Notes: generated from the letters alone by a model not told the origin. A DNA stretch of 64,000 nucleotides from Heptranchias perlo (GCF_035084215.1 NC_090345.1:20460001-20524000), one strand, 5' to 3'. Positions 24,901-35,428 are shown, counted from the first letter of the stretch. Program-made: numbers and translations.

Positions 24901-26765
24901 TTGTGGCAGAGGCGTAGCCATGGGTGGGCCTGGGTGAGCCATGGGTGGGCCTGGGTGAGCCATGAATGGGTCTGGATGAGCCATGGGTGGACCTGGGTGG
25001 GCCATGGCCAACCTGATCAGCACTCAGGTGCACCCAAATTTGTGTAAATGCCACACAGGCAAAAGGCAGCAGCAGCAGAGGAGTCTAGCGTGGACGCCCC
25101 CAAGTTAGCAGTCAGACACGAGCAGAGCAACTAAGTCCAGCTTTAAAACACACACTTTTAAGGAGATCAGCCACCAGAAAAGATGATCAGAATAATGGTA
25201 AGAGACAGATAACACAAGCTGATGGGGGTGAACCTCTAAATGTACTGTCATGTGTGTCTGTCTCTAAAATATTTCAACACCGCATCCTTTGGGATAACTG
25301 GGAGGGAGCAGCATTCAAATCAAAGTTAGGACTTGAATTATTTGTACGATATAATATAAATAATTTGCGGTTATGTCAGACCTTTGGTTATTGCCCATCC
25401 ACCATAAGTTGCGGCCCATCAAAATTTCCATTCCTAGCTACGTCACTGCTTCATGACACCAAGGTACAAACTTACAATGTAAAATTCTATGACACCGCAT
25501 GTTTGGCTATCAACTCATTGCAGAATATAATTTTAGAAGAATATGAGTGGTACAGTGGTGCTGTGTTTTAGGGCACTAATGTTCAGTGCCGTACAGGAAC
25601 AGCGGACACAGGTTCATATTTAATGGTCGGAAAATTGTATGCAGCGTGAGCCCAATTTCTGATGAGGGGCTTTTGGTGGGTGAGGCTCTTTACTGGCACT
25701 GCAGATGTGGAAGATCAGCCATCTGATACCAAAGTTATACTTCTACCTTTCATGTTGATATACAGCCGAGACTGTTTCGTATCCACACAAATGTGTTAAT
25801 GTAACTGCACCCTTATATTTTCAGAGCTATTTAGGGGATGGTAACTTCAGGGACAGAAGTTTTGTAATGAGTAGAATAATAAAGCTATATGCTGCAGTGC
25901 TTCCTTCTCCCTGGAGTCTGGTTTATAGACTCCCATTATAGTGCATGCATTAAGTTCCCTCTCACTGAAATTAGTAGGAGTAAACGCTGGAAAGCTCAAC
26001 CTACTGATGACCACTCTGCATGTTTTGAATACACTAGTGTTCCTGCTTTATTCAGTTGGAAAGAAAGTGCCAGCTAAACTCAGATTGAAGAATATCAGCC
26101 AACACCAGCAGAGGATCTTAATAGCATTACATTATAAACTTGTTTTGCAAATAGATAATGCCTAGTGGCCTGTGCAGCTCAGGAAAAGGTGAGTTGGGGC
26201 ATCTCCCTGTGCAGGAAGCAATGTTTCCTTGGAGCATTTCAAAAGTAGACATTACAGTCCGAATTTCAATGCTTTCTTTACCAATATTTTCTGAGAGATT
26301 ATCCCCTCCAACTCATGCATTCTTCTAGTTAAATATGGTATATAGTTCAAAGACTTAAGGGGCACAGCTGAGCATATTCACTTCACTGAACTGATGCACA
26401 TTTAATCCAGTGTACCTATGATTATGCATTTAATATCGTCACTTACTGAGATTTATCCAACGATCCAGCTTTCTCCAGTTGTCCAGTTGTTCCATTCTGT
26501 GCTCTTTGAATGCATTTTCTAAAGCAGACCTGTATTCACCTCTTTTGAAAGAACCATTTTGACTAAATTTTGATGTTATCCCATTATCTGTAAATTCCTG
26601 AGAAGCAGACCTTTCACTACTCGGTCCTCTGTTTGAAAGCCTGGAAACTCCCTGAACTGAGATAGTTTCAGGATTGCCCAGCCTAGACAAAGGATGTTGT
26701 ACTTCAGGAAGCCAGGATGGTAATCCTAAGTGTGAAGCTGGCCTCGTAATGCTAACCTGAGCCAT
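836..26765 (-). CDS. Multi-EF-hand protein, EFCAB6-like (5' part; gene continues past the left edge of the window)
   Basis: Coding exons in transcript order: 26765-26447, 24501-24404, 20003-19903, 17217-17140, 16138-15965, 14273-14145, 12383-12232, 11629-11454, 6875-6679, 6471-6364, 5782-5717, 4036-3926, 938-836. All are AG/GT-bounded and phases join into one 1812-nt open frame (604 codons). Repeated EF-hand-like loops: NDPTGRGHLTRE, YDPDDLGIVKVD, DQDNSGKVTREN, IDNQKLDLISQQ, PLDARGNVKYLEF. The family call rests on recalled similarity to EFCAB6 repeats; orthology is not established. Confidence 0.8.
1431..1750 (-). mobile_element. LINE 3' fragment (abundant chondrichthyan repeat)
   Basis: Poly-T followed by ATTCGTTCATGGGATGTGGGCGTCGCTGGC..., recognised from memory as a common shark repeat. 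Confidence 0.6.
1770..2325 (+). mobile_element. CR1 LINE 3' end
   Basis: Decayed ORF2 C-terminus (FFTQRVVRMWNSLP-like), 3' UTR and (CTATGTAA)n tail. Confidence 0.85.
3926..4036 (-). CDS. EFCAB6-like coding exon 12 (FGINMSDEEL...YLEFMSMFDS)
   Basis: Acceptor cctgcaag, donor GTAAGT, 111 nt; EF-hand-like helix-loop-helix. Confidence 0.82.
5717..5782 (-). CDS. EFCAB6-like coding exon 11 (KIDNQKLDLISQQAFWAILKS)
   Basis: Acceptor ctttgcag, donor GTAAAT, 66 nt. Confidence 0.78.
5895..6310 (+). mobile_element. Deu-domain SINE (SacSINE1/AmnSINE-like) with tRNA-like head and L2-type tail
   Basis: GATGTAAAAGATCC...GTCCTGGCCAACATT...CCTCAACC core; related pieces at 22905-23120, 29815-30190, 41850-41990, 42465-42765, 61155-61305. 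Confidence 0.7.
6364..6471 (-). CDS. EFCAB6-like coding exon 10 (FNKLRS...SLLGVF)
   Basis: Acceptor ctatacag, donor GTAAGT, 108 nt. Confidence 0.8.
6679..6875 (-). CDS. EFCAB6-like coding exon 9 (VTRENFLRVL...TDENH)
   Basis: Acceptor acatcaag, donor GTGAGG, 197 nt open; completes the EF-hand DQDNSGK|VTRENF. Confidence 0.82.
8004..8800 (+). pseudogene. Harbinger DDE transposase (HARBI1-like), frameshifted and C-terminally truncated
   Basis: GAIDCTHVAI, GFHSINAQLVC, RFPGSCHD and WLLGDTGFPL motifs; stop at 8779-8781 and loss of the region with the catalytic E. Confidence 0.88.
8800..10528 (-). pseudogene. Harbinger Myb/SANT DNA-binding protein gene (spliced, decayed)
   Basis: ORF 10067..10528 has KKAWLEVAEEVSSRSVVLRTWIQCRKRFNDL; downstream segments at 9631-9888 and 9049-9507 (coiled-coil-like). 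Confidence 0.8.
11454..11629 (-). CDS. EFCAB6-like coding exon 8 (VDNFPH...YDQDNSGK)
   Basis: Within ORF 11445..11693; acceptor tattacag, donor GTAATT, 176 nt; first half of a near-canonical EF-hand loop. Confidence 0.82.
12232..12383 (-). CDS. EFCAB6-like coding exon 7 (YDPDDLGIV...LLEDQL)
   Basis: Acceptor acctccag, donor GTACGT, 152 nt, phase 2 to 1. Confidence 0.78.
13354..13568. mobile_element. Penelope-type fold-back insertion with hammerhead motifs
   Basis: Same family as 157-403, nearly loopless; TSD GCTTTCTTTCAT (13342-13353 and 13569-13580). Confidence 0.8.
14145..14273 (-). CDS. EFCAB6-like coding exon 6 (PLELRDLF...EFRKLLK)
   Basis: Acceptor aattccag, donor GTACAG, 129 nt, phase 2 to 2. 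Confidence 0.8.
15620..15843. mobile_element. Short MITE (Harbinger-like)
   Basis: TIRs GAGGGAGAAATTC ... GAATTTCTCCCCC. Confidence 0.55.
15965..16138 (-). CDS. EFCAB6-like coding exon 5 (LKLNENLIITFENF...IVRE)
   Basis: Within ORF 15961..16152; acceptor cattacag, donor GTAA, 174 nt. Confidence 0.8.
16645..16815 (-). mobile_element. L2 LINE 3' end
   Basis: AAC-rich tail followed by CTTGCA...TCCCAAGGCGCTTCACAG; same family as 27225-27720 and 56395-57060. Confidence 0.7.
17140..17217 (-). CDS. EFCAB6-like coding exon 4 (EVLLIVLTRFL...HLLL)
   Basis: Acceptor tacttcag, donor GTATGT, 78 nt, phase 2 to 2. Confidence 0.8.
17314..18375. mobile_element. Harbinger-type non-autonomous element with a G-rich internal tandem repeat
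   Basis: TIRs GGGGCATGATTTTGACC ... GGGATTAAAATTGCCCCC; 3-bp TSD ACA (17311-17313 and 18376-18378). Confidence 0.7.
19903..20003 (-). CDS. EFCAB6-like coding exon 3 (LQYLLHEK...NDPTGRGHLT)
   Basis: Acceptor ttttccag, donor GTGAAG, 101 nt, phase 0 to 2; EF-hand-like loop. Confidence 0.8.
22905..23143 (-). mobile_element. Deu-SINE 3' half followed by (GAGT)n
   Basis: Reverse complement of the 6100-6310 type sequence. Confidence 0.65.
24404..24501 (-). CDS. EFCAB6-like coding exon 2 (KPWASEPR...RLQIDE)
   Basis: Acceptor tttattag, donor GTGAGG, 98 nt, phase 1 to 0. Confidence 0.75.
24916..25006. repeat. 21-bp minisatellite (GCCATGGGTGGGCCTGGGTGA), about 4 copies
   Basis: Visible direct tandem repeat. 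Confidence 0.85.
26447..26765 (-). CDS. EFCAB6-like coding exon 1 (MAQVSITRP...DRWINL)
   Basis: Within ORF 26439..26834; acceptor ttgttcag before 26780, ATG 26765, donor GTAAGT, ends phase 1. Confidence 0.75.
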
Positions 26766-27224
26766 TTTGGTTATCTTTATCTGAACAAATACAAGATCAC
26801 CATGATCAGAAAAACATTTCACTCCTTGCGGCAAATGGGAACTCTAGTTACAGCAACAACTTTGTGTTGCTACAGGCAACCTCAATTCTATACCTCTGAA
26901 AGGAATTAGCTGCAGGGGAGCTCTGACTGAATGGCTGTCTCTTAAAGGGTTCCACTAAATTAAACATAGTTCTGCTATTATTGAATTAATGGTGTGCCAT
27001 TAACAAAGAAGTCAGTAGTTTGGGGCTCTGTCACAACATTGACATTCTTTGAACAAAAGCATTTGTTTATTAATTATTCATCCCTTTTGTATTTGAGTAC
27101 TATTATTTCTGCTATTTTTATGAATGCATGAATCTACACTATAGTAATGATTTTAAGACCATCTTTAATTGTCCCTTCTGATGTATTTCCCTATCGTTAA
27201 TATTACTCTTGAAAGACCAGCACA

Positions 27225-27720
27225 GTATCTCTTAATACAAAACTCTGCTGCCTGTATCCTATCCCACACCAAGTCCCGCTCATCCATCACCTCTGGTTGC
27301 TTGCCGACCTACATTGGCTCCTGGCCACCCAATGCCTCAGATTTAATTCCCTCTATGGCCTTGCCCTTCCTTATCTCTGCAACTTACTCCAGCCCTGCAA
27401 CTCTCCAAGAACTCTGCTTTCCTCTAACGCTCGCTTCTTGTGCACCCCACTCCCTTTGCCGCATAATTGGCGACTATGCCTTCAGCTGTCTAGGGCCTGC
27501 TCTCTAAAATTCCCTCCCTAAACCTCTTTACCATCCCACCTCCACCTCTTCCTTTAAGAACCTTCTTAAAACCTAACTCTTTGGCCAAGCGGTTGGTCAC
27601 CATTCCTAATATTTCTTTCTTTGGCCTGTTGTCCATTTTTCTCTGATTACATTTATGTGAAGTGCCTTGGGACATTTTTCTATGTTAATGACGCTAAATA
27701 AATGCAAATATTATTGCTGC
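27225..27720 (+). mobile_element. L2 LINE 3' fragment
   Basis: LIQNSAA..L and LADLHWL (L2 ORF2 C-terminal motifs) plus an L2 3' tail. Confidence 0.8.
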
Positions 27721-28568
27721 TTAACTATTGTGACAATTTTTTTTCAAAATGCCAGTTCATTGTCTTAACACTGTTCTAATTGAGGATATTCAAATTTTCA
27801 CAGTTTCAGGAAAGCACAATTTATACATTCATGTCATTGGCTTCCCTTTTTCATCCTGGCTTTTGGCTCTGTATCTTGCAGGAACCTAAGCATAAAAATC
27901 AGAAGTAACCAAATGTGATTCCCAGGATTGACCACTGGTATAAAAATTGATTATCTTCATGACAATTCATAGCAGGAAGAACATGTCTTAAAATTTCAGC
28001 TTGTTTAGCTCCTATCTATATGTTAAGAAAAAAACCTTTTTGCAACAAATATGGGGAAGGCTTAAGGTGACTAGTTTTCAAATGTGCAAACTAGGACATA
28101 CCAGTTTGAGGGTGTATTTAGACTAGTTTCAGACCAGCAGCTACGATTTGATTTTCAGCCAGGCAGAACCCCATTTATATTGTCTGGCTAAAACTCAAGT
28201 TCTGCTGCCCAGACGGGAACTGTGTGTGTATTTTTACACAAATGCACTGAACTCCTTACCTAACAGTTACATTTTAAATGTTTAAACAGTGCAGGTGGCA
28301 GTGTCTATATTGTCTAATGGGATAAATTATTGCAGGTTGGTACAAAAAGTGTTCAGGTGGTCCTGGGCCTTTACACCCAGTTTGATGTTTCACTGGAGTT
28401 GGACTCCATACAGTGTCAAACTGAGGCAATGTGATACTATCCCCTCCTAGGAATCTCATACTGCTTTGTTCTGGAGTTAGGTCAGTGCCTGACTCTGGAT
28501 TTGAACTATAACTTTAATATCAGTGCGAAGTGAAAACTAAAGTTAAACTGTAAACACATCTTCAGCAG

Positions 28569-28855
28569 CATAAGAACATAAGAAATAGAAGCAGGAGTAG
28601 GCCAATCGGCCCCTCGAGCCTGCTCTGCCATTCAATAAAATCATGGCTGATCTGATCCTAACCTCAAATTTAAATTCATGTCCAATTTCCTGCCCACTCC
28701 CCATAACCCCTAATTCCCTTTACTTCTAGGAAACTGTCTATTTCTGTTTTAAATTTATTTAATGATGTAGCTTCCTGGGGCAGCAAATTCCACAGACCTA
28801 CTACCCTCTGAGTGAAGAAGTTTCTCCTCATCTCAGTTTTGAAAGAGCAGCCCCT
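28569..28855 (-). mobile_element. CR1 LINE 3' end
   Basis: CATAAGAACATAAGAA tail; [15 protein letters not shown] motif in ORF 28676..28900. Confidence 0.85.
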
Positions 28856-29039
28856 TAAACTCAAGGAGAAACCCAGGAGAAAGACAATCTGAAAAATCAA
28901 TTTGAAGACAAATTCCTGGGGAAAAATTATTTTATTTGACAGGCTATCAACGTGAAAATAATCCCCTCTCCAACTTTTCTTCCCATTCAGAGAGAGATGA
29001 CCATCTTTAAGTTACAGGTAAATTATTTTGAAACTATGT

Positions 29040-29216
29040 TGGGGAACTTTTTTCTTTTAAGGGAAAAGTGGATAAATAGTTGGAGCAGGGGAAGATATAG
29101 GTCTACAAGGAAAGAGCAGGACAGTTGGATTACTTTTGGTTTGCTCTTGCAAAGAGCCAGCATAGATAAAATGGGATGTAAGGCCCCCTTCTGTGCTTTA
29201 AACATCCAAGGTTCTA
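29040..29216 (+). mobile_element. Decayed CR1 3' UTR
   Basis: TTTAAGGGAAAAGTGGATAAA...GCTCTTGCAAAGAGCCAGCATAGA. Confidence 0.6.
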
Positions 29217-29814
29217 AGTAAATTATCTGGGCAGCAGGAGAAGCTAACTAAACTAGGACGGTTCTAGCCAAAACAAAGACGTCTGATCAACTTACTACAT
29301 CTATTAGTGTAAATGTTATCAAAAATCAGTCTGCTTCACAAATGTTACACGGTGCTGCTTCACAGTTAGGCTCGTTCTGTAAAATTAAGACCTGGTTTCT
29401 GGGTGTGACCGAGGCAACCTCATCAACGGTTAATAAGGAAGCAGCTCAGTTGATCTTTAAATATGGTAACTAGGGCAAATTCCATTCACCAGGGCTATAA
29501 TTATTTTCTGTGTTTACATTTGGTCTGGTAGGTTAGAGTACAGAGTAATTATAGGCACAAAGGCCTACACTAACCTTGTATGCAAATTTCACCATCTGAA
29601 TAAGAGCTGCCACCTCAGCAGATTGCAGAAATGTCCCTCTGAGTTTTTTTTGCATTTAATTCTTTTAAAGATATACTGTACACTTATTCAATATAAAACT
29701 GTTTTATTCTGATAGGTTATTAAATGAACACAAGATTTATACTGCAATTGTTTTATCTTAAAAATAATTTCCCCTAGTTTTAAAAAAAACCTTGGAAAGA
29801 TTTGAATTTGTTTG

Positions 29815-30190
29815 GTACCTTATCACATCTTTCAAATATCCCAAATGGTGCACGTACAATGAATTACTTTGTGTAGGTAAATGTGATAGCCAATTTGTAT
29901 ATAACAAGACCAAACAAGCAGCTGCTAGATGAATGACCAGCTAGCCTGTTTCGAATGATGTTGGTTGAGGGAGAAATGTTGGCCAAGATACCAGGAGAAC
30001 GCCTTGCTCGTCTTTAAATAGTGCCATGGAATCTTTAACATCAGAACCTTAGGAATAGGCAGATAGGGCCTCGATTTAACATCTGATTTGAAGCCAGCAC
30101 TTCTGACAGTGCAACAGTCAGACACCACTGTACTGAAGTGTCAGTATAGCTTATGTGCTCAAGTTCTGGAGTGGGACCTGAACCTAAGAT
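29815..30190 (-). mobile_element. Deu-domain SINE
   Basis: Reverse-complement Deu core (GTTGAGGGAGAAATGTTGGCCAAGATACCAGGAGAAC...). Confidence 0.7.
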
Positions 30191-32375
30191 GCATTCCCTA
30201 TTCCCAGCAGAAAGGGCAGAGAAGTATCTCTGCCAATCCCTTCAAGTATGCTATGAGATGTTTGAGAACAACTCGCAGTGGTTTCTTCCCTCAATCTTTT
30301 CACCCTCTCTTCAGGGAATCACCAAGTTATTATTTGCTGTCTGCTTCTGAGATAGAAAACCAACGATGTGAGTTGACACCACTCCACCTAGCATGCCAAT
30401 ATACAACTATGAAATCATCTGTGAAAGCAATTATCCAGAAGATGACTCTGTGGTCTGAATGAAAATAAAGATGATAATCTAAGGATTATGTACAGGTGAT
30501 GATGGTGTTGGTCAGGGTATGATGGACCACACAACACTGTTTGAAACAGTTCACCTACTGTTTTCTTATAAGCATTGGAAGAGAAAAGGCCATTTGGTCC
30601 ATCAACCCAGCTCTGCCTGCAGCTTTTCATTATAGAAGTTGCATATCCTCCTCCTGGCTGCCTTGTTTTTCTCAGATGGCACTGGGGTAGCTATCTCTCT
30701 ATGAAATAACAAATGGAAATACTGTTGAGACGCAGGAAACACACTGAATAAAGAGATTTTCCCAAAAAAATTAAAGCAAGAAGTAGTCTGACACTTACCT
30801 TCAACTTCGAAGCCTCACTCTGAAGAATGGCCTATGTTCTGTGCCTTTATAGTGCTCTGTCCTAGTTTCCTAGAAACCCTATTTGTTATGCTGAATTTAA
30901 GTTCTGGCATAGGCAAATGAGCACCTCAGGAAACTTCAGTGCATAAATTCCAGTCGATGCGACCGGCATAGGAAACAGCGTAAATATCGGCATCATTTCA
31001 GTGTAAATAAGATCAAGGAAATTCTGGGCCATTCACTTCCAAGTGTGACTTGGAGATTAACAAGAATGCTGGTGCATACAGCTAATTTTCCCCATTTTTT
31101 CCCGCTCTTTTCTATAATTCCAAAGAAGTTATCATATGTAACATGAGAGTCAGAAAAGAAAAAAAGACATTTGAACCATCTGAGTTCATCCCTCCAATAA
31201 GTCTCCCATTATGGCACTTAATATGAAATCTCCATTAAATTTGCTCCAGTTATCCACCTTCCTGATATAACCACATGAATATTTGTCAGATAAAGCCTTG
31301 TACCAGGCATTGCCTTCTGCTAGTACCAATCTCTTTCTGTCTGACATAAATTACCCTCACAACCCAAGATAGACTGAATTCAATTTATATTTTTATTTTG
31401 TAGTTGTCTTCATTCCCGTACTGAAACATACATGTAAAGCCAAAATCTGGGGACTTTTGATTATCTGCCAATTTCCATTATCCATTACAATGACTAAATA
31501 GTTGTACTTAGGATAACCCCCAAATCTTTGGCTCTATTGTCTTGCTTAGTAGATAGCTCCCAGTTATACTGTTTAGGACAGCCAGAACACAAGCAAGAAA
31601 TAATTTTTACAAATTATGTTACAAAGAACCAGCCAAAATCTATACTGATGTGAACTCTACATTTCAGCTATTTTGAATATATGAAACCTACGAAAAGCCT
31701 AAGATCGCAATGGTTTCAGTGATATAAGGTACAAGATACATTAAGAATGCACTTAAGACCTGAATACAGTGCTACCTTAACTGGAACTAACCAGTAGGGG
31801 GTGCTCAATGCTGCAATACATATTCCAAGTGAGACCAAAACGGTGGCTCTGGTATATGTCAGCTTCACAAGTAGTATTAAACGCATCAGTTGTTACATTG
31901 TGATGGCAATCATGCTTTTCATAAACTACTACACTCTGGAATTTAAAGTGCTGCTGTTTGGCGGCTAGTTTATTTATAAATCCCAATTCAAAGCTATTCT
32001 GTTTGAGAGCATAAGAAGTTGCTAAAAGAGGTTATTGTGTTTATGAGCAAACCTTGTTCATGTATAGACTTCTCCAATAATTAAGAGCAAACAATTTTGC
32101 TTGAAAACAAAATGTACTGCACCAAGCTTCTTCCTTGTAAATAAAAATGTAATTGAAAATCTTCATTTTATAGGTGCTGGTTGCTTGACAAAACATTGAT
32201 AGCAAGATATGGAATGCAAAGCAATGAGGTTCAGATCAGTGTTATACAAATCAGGCTCCCATTGTAGGGGGGAAATTGTGGCTTCAGAAAACAACTAGAT
32301 GCTCAAAATGAGATTCTTTTATTGGGAATATGTTGCTTAATGGCCATGAGCATATTTATCACCATAAATTATCTA

Positions 32376-32624
32376 TTGTAAACAATTTTACAACACCAAG
32401 TTATAGTCCAGCAATTTTATTTTAAATTCACAAGCTTTCGGAGGCTACCTCCTTCGTCAGGTGAACGATGTGAAATGATGAACAATGGTGAACAATGATG
32501 TCACCTGACGAAGGAGGTAGCCTCCGAAAGCTTGTGAATTTAAAATAAAATTGCTGGACTATAACTTGGTGTTGTAAAATTGTTTACAATTGTCAACCCC
32601 AGTCCATCACCGGCATCTCCACAT
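32376..32624. mobile_element. Penelope-type fold-back insertion with hammerhead motifs
   Basis: Same family; TSD CATAAATTATCTA (32363-32375 and 32625-32637). Confidence 0.8.
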
Positions 32625-35251
32625 CATAAATTATCTAGGTATTCAATCTTTTTTGAAGATCATCAATTCAATTTATAACATAAATCCATCAATACAATGT
32701 TTTGTGAAAAATTATTTCATTGACAGTATTATTTTCTCAAATAGAACACATGCCCAGACACACAAGAACATTCCCAGCATGTCCATTAAGAGGAAACTAG
32801 AGTCTGATTAAGTCTCATGGCCACACACTCAACTCATTTGTTGTGCCAGCCACTGAGATTTGCCAGGCCTTTTTGTTATCTGTAAGGCTGTTTTTTGTAA
32901 AGGCTGAAGCATACGTGAACAATATTAATAGCCTTTGCAAAGGCAACAAACATTTTTATTCCCATATTCGGCCACTTACCTTTAAGTGGCTGCATCCTTT
33001 TAAATTTAACGATCACCCATTGTAAGGAACCCGCAATGCCAACACAGGCCCAAAACATGCTGGGAGCTTGCCTAATGTGTCTAAAATCAGGTGGGGTCAA
33101 CACACTAATAGCCAGGCAGATCCAAATAATGTCTGATTGGAGAATCCCCCATGGTTAAAGGTTCCATTAGCAAGAATGGCATTATTTTGAAGAAGGAGCC
33201 CAAAGATTAGTAATGGGAAGTATCACAAGTTTAGTGAGAGGTGTTGGGGTGGAGGACAGAAATAAGGTTTATGAATACAATAAAGGCACAAAATAAATGA
33301 TCCTCACTATGTTCATTTTCAAGAGCAACCAAGTATCAGATGAGAAATTTAATGAAATATTTGTTATTAAGGTAAAGATTGAGGTTTCAATGGGATAACA
33401 CCCTTCCCCAAATCAGACTTCAGTTGCTACCAACATTTATTGCGGTGATTTTCCCCACCACAGTACAGCTCTGTTATGTCAGCTGGCTACAAGATGGTCT
33501 AGTTATTTGAGAAGTATTATCATGTTCTTCCAATAAACTTCAAAAGCTAAGCTATCCCCTTTAGAATGTAGGCAGATTTCAGATAATGAAAATTCAGCCT
33601 CAGCACTTGTAGATTCCTGGAGCAAATTTCCAATATCGAGAATGTTTCTCTAAATTTGTTGATGAGATTAGGGAAATTTAATGTTGGGGCCAAAGTAAGG
33701 AGAAGACAAAGCCAAGTGAAATAGTTGTATTAGATTCTACTGTTACAAGGATAGATATGAAAAGGAAAATAGGACTGTACATTTCTAGCCAAGGGTGGGA
33801 AACCAATTGGTGGGTTCAGATGAGTGTTGCACATTGATGTAAATGATGGAGAGAGTAACAATGAAGATAGTAAAAGAGAGCTAGAAATCTTTAATGAGGG
33901 AGCTTAGACTCAAGAACCCCAATTTCGGAGTACATCCACGGTCTTGGGAAGTGGGCGCAGCATGAATAGCTTCCGTCTGATTGGTTGAGTGCTGGCCTAG
34001 CCAGGATATCCATAATTGGTTTCAAGTTTCAGTCTGTCACTCTTAAAACGATTCACTATAAATAATGCAGCTACACGATGCATACACGTGTTATCTGAGA
34101 CACCATGACACTTGCGTACGTCTCCACTACAATTTCAACTTTGCACCTCAGTTTCTCTGTTTTCAGGCGAAGGCTGCACATAACAAAAGGACACCACCCC
34201 CACCCCCAATCTTTGGCCAAGGCAGCATAAGGCAAAGTTGCTATTGGAGCAGTCAGAGGCCAATCACCAATTCAGGATTAGTACTTTCCTTCGCAAGCTC
34301 CTCCTTACTCACTCATTCAATGCCCCCAAAGCAGATAGGCAAGAGCAATACCATGATTCATTGTGTTGTGTTAATGCTGCCTTGATGACCTATGTCCCAT
34401 TTTAGATTTCACTAGGTGCATCCCAAGAACCAGAGCCACAGCCCATTGAGCCAGGTATGGCCAGTGTTCAGTGTCAACACACTCTTACCTGCACAAACAC
34501 TCCCTCAAGAAAGTAGAGTTCTCCCTCATGCCCAAGAGGCTGGCAATGATATATAGCATCCAATTACCTTATTTATGTCTGCCGCAAGGGGAGCAGCAGG
34601 TTATAGTCCACATCACCGAGCCATACAGCATTCTGCATGCTCCTGTGCTGATCCTCACAAACAAACCAATCCTTCATAGAGTGGCAGCCTTTGCGGTTCA
34701 TGAAGATGTAACTATTGTATGCAAAAGTCCAAATGGCAAAATGGATACCATCAATGGTATGCTCTGGGGGATCCTGCTATGTTTTGGGGAATCTTGCCAT
34801 TTGGAAAAGATACTGTAGCATCCTTTCATGCTGTTGCCAATTCTCTGCGAGGAAAGGCATTAGTGACTTGGAAATTCCATCTGCAAGCTGAAAATTGACT
34901 AATGTTGCTTATATCCCTCGTGGCACTCTGGAATGAATTTGAAGCATAAAAGCTTAGTGTTGTGGTGACCCTGGCAGTGGTGGGCACATGGATGTGTTTT
35001 GCTGGAGTTCCTGTTCTAGCATGCAATACAACTCCGCCACTGCCTCTCTTGTGAATTGTAGTCTACAAAGGCCAAGTTCCTCTGACAAGTTCAGGTGAGT
35101 ACACCTTTACCTGTAGACCCACAATGGAGAGTAACATCAGGCGTGGCCTATCCGCATCTGGTGCAATCTTATCTGTCTGGCAACATTCCTTTACTCCTCC
35201 TCTTCCTCCAAACAAAGTGGAAAATAGCAGTGCCAACAGTCACCAAAAGTG

Positions 35252-35428
35252 AAAAAGCAAAATACTATAGATGCTGAAAATTGTAATAAAAACAGAAAAT
35301 GCTAGAAACATCAGGAGGTCAGGCAGCAGTGAGTTCTGATGAAAGGTCATCTTCCTGAAACGTTAGCTCTGTTTCTCTCTCCACAGATGCTACCTGATCT
35401 GCTGAGTTAAAAACAGAAAATGCTGGAA
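35252..35428 (+). mobile_element. Second hammerhead-bearing Penelope-derived short element
   Basis: 14-bp TSD AGTCACCAAAAGTG (35238-35251 and 35429-35442); hammerhead motif at 35331-35369. Confidence 0.65.
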
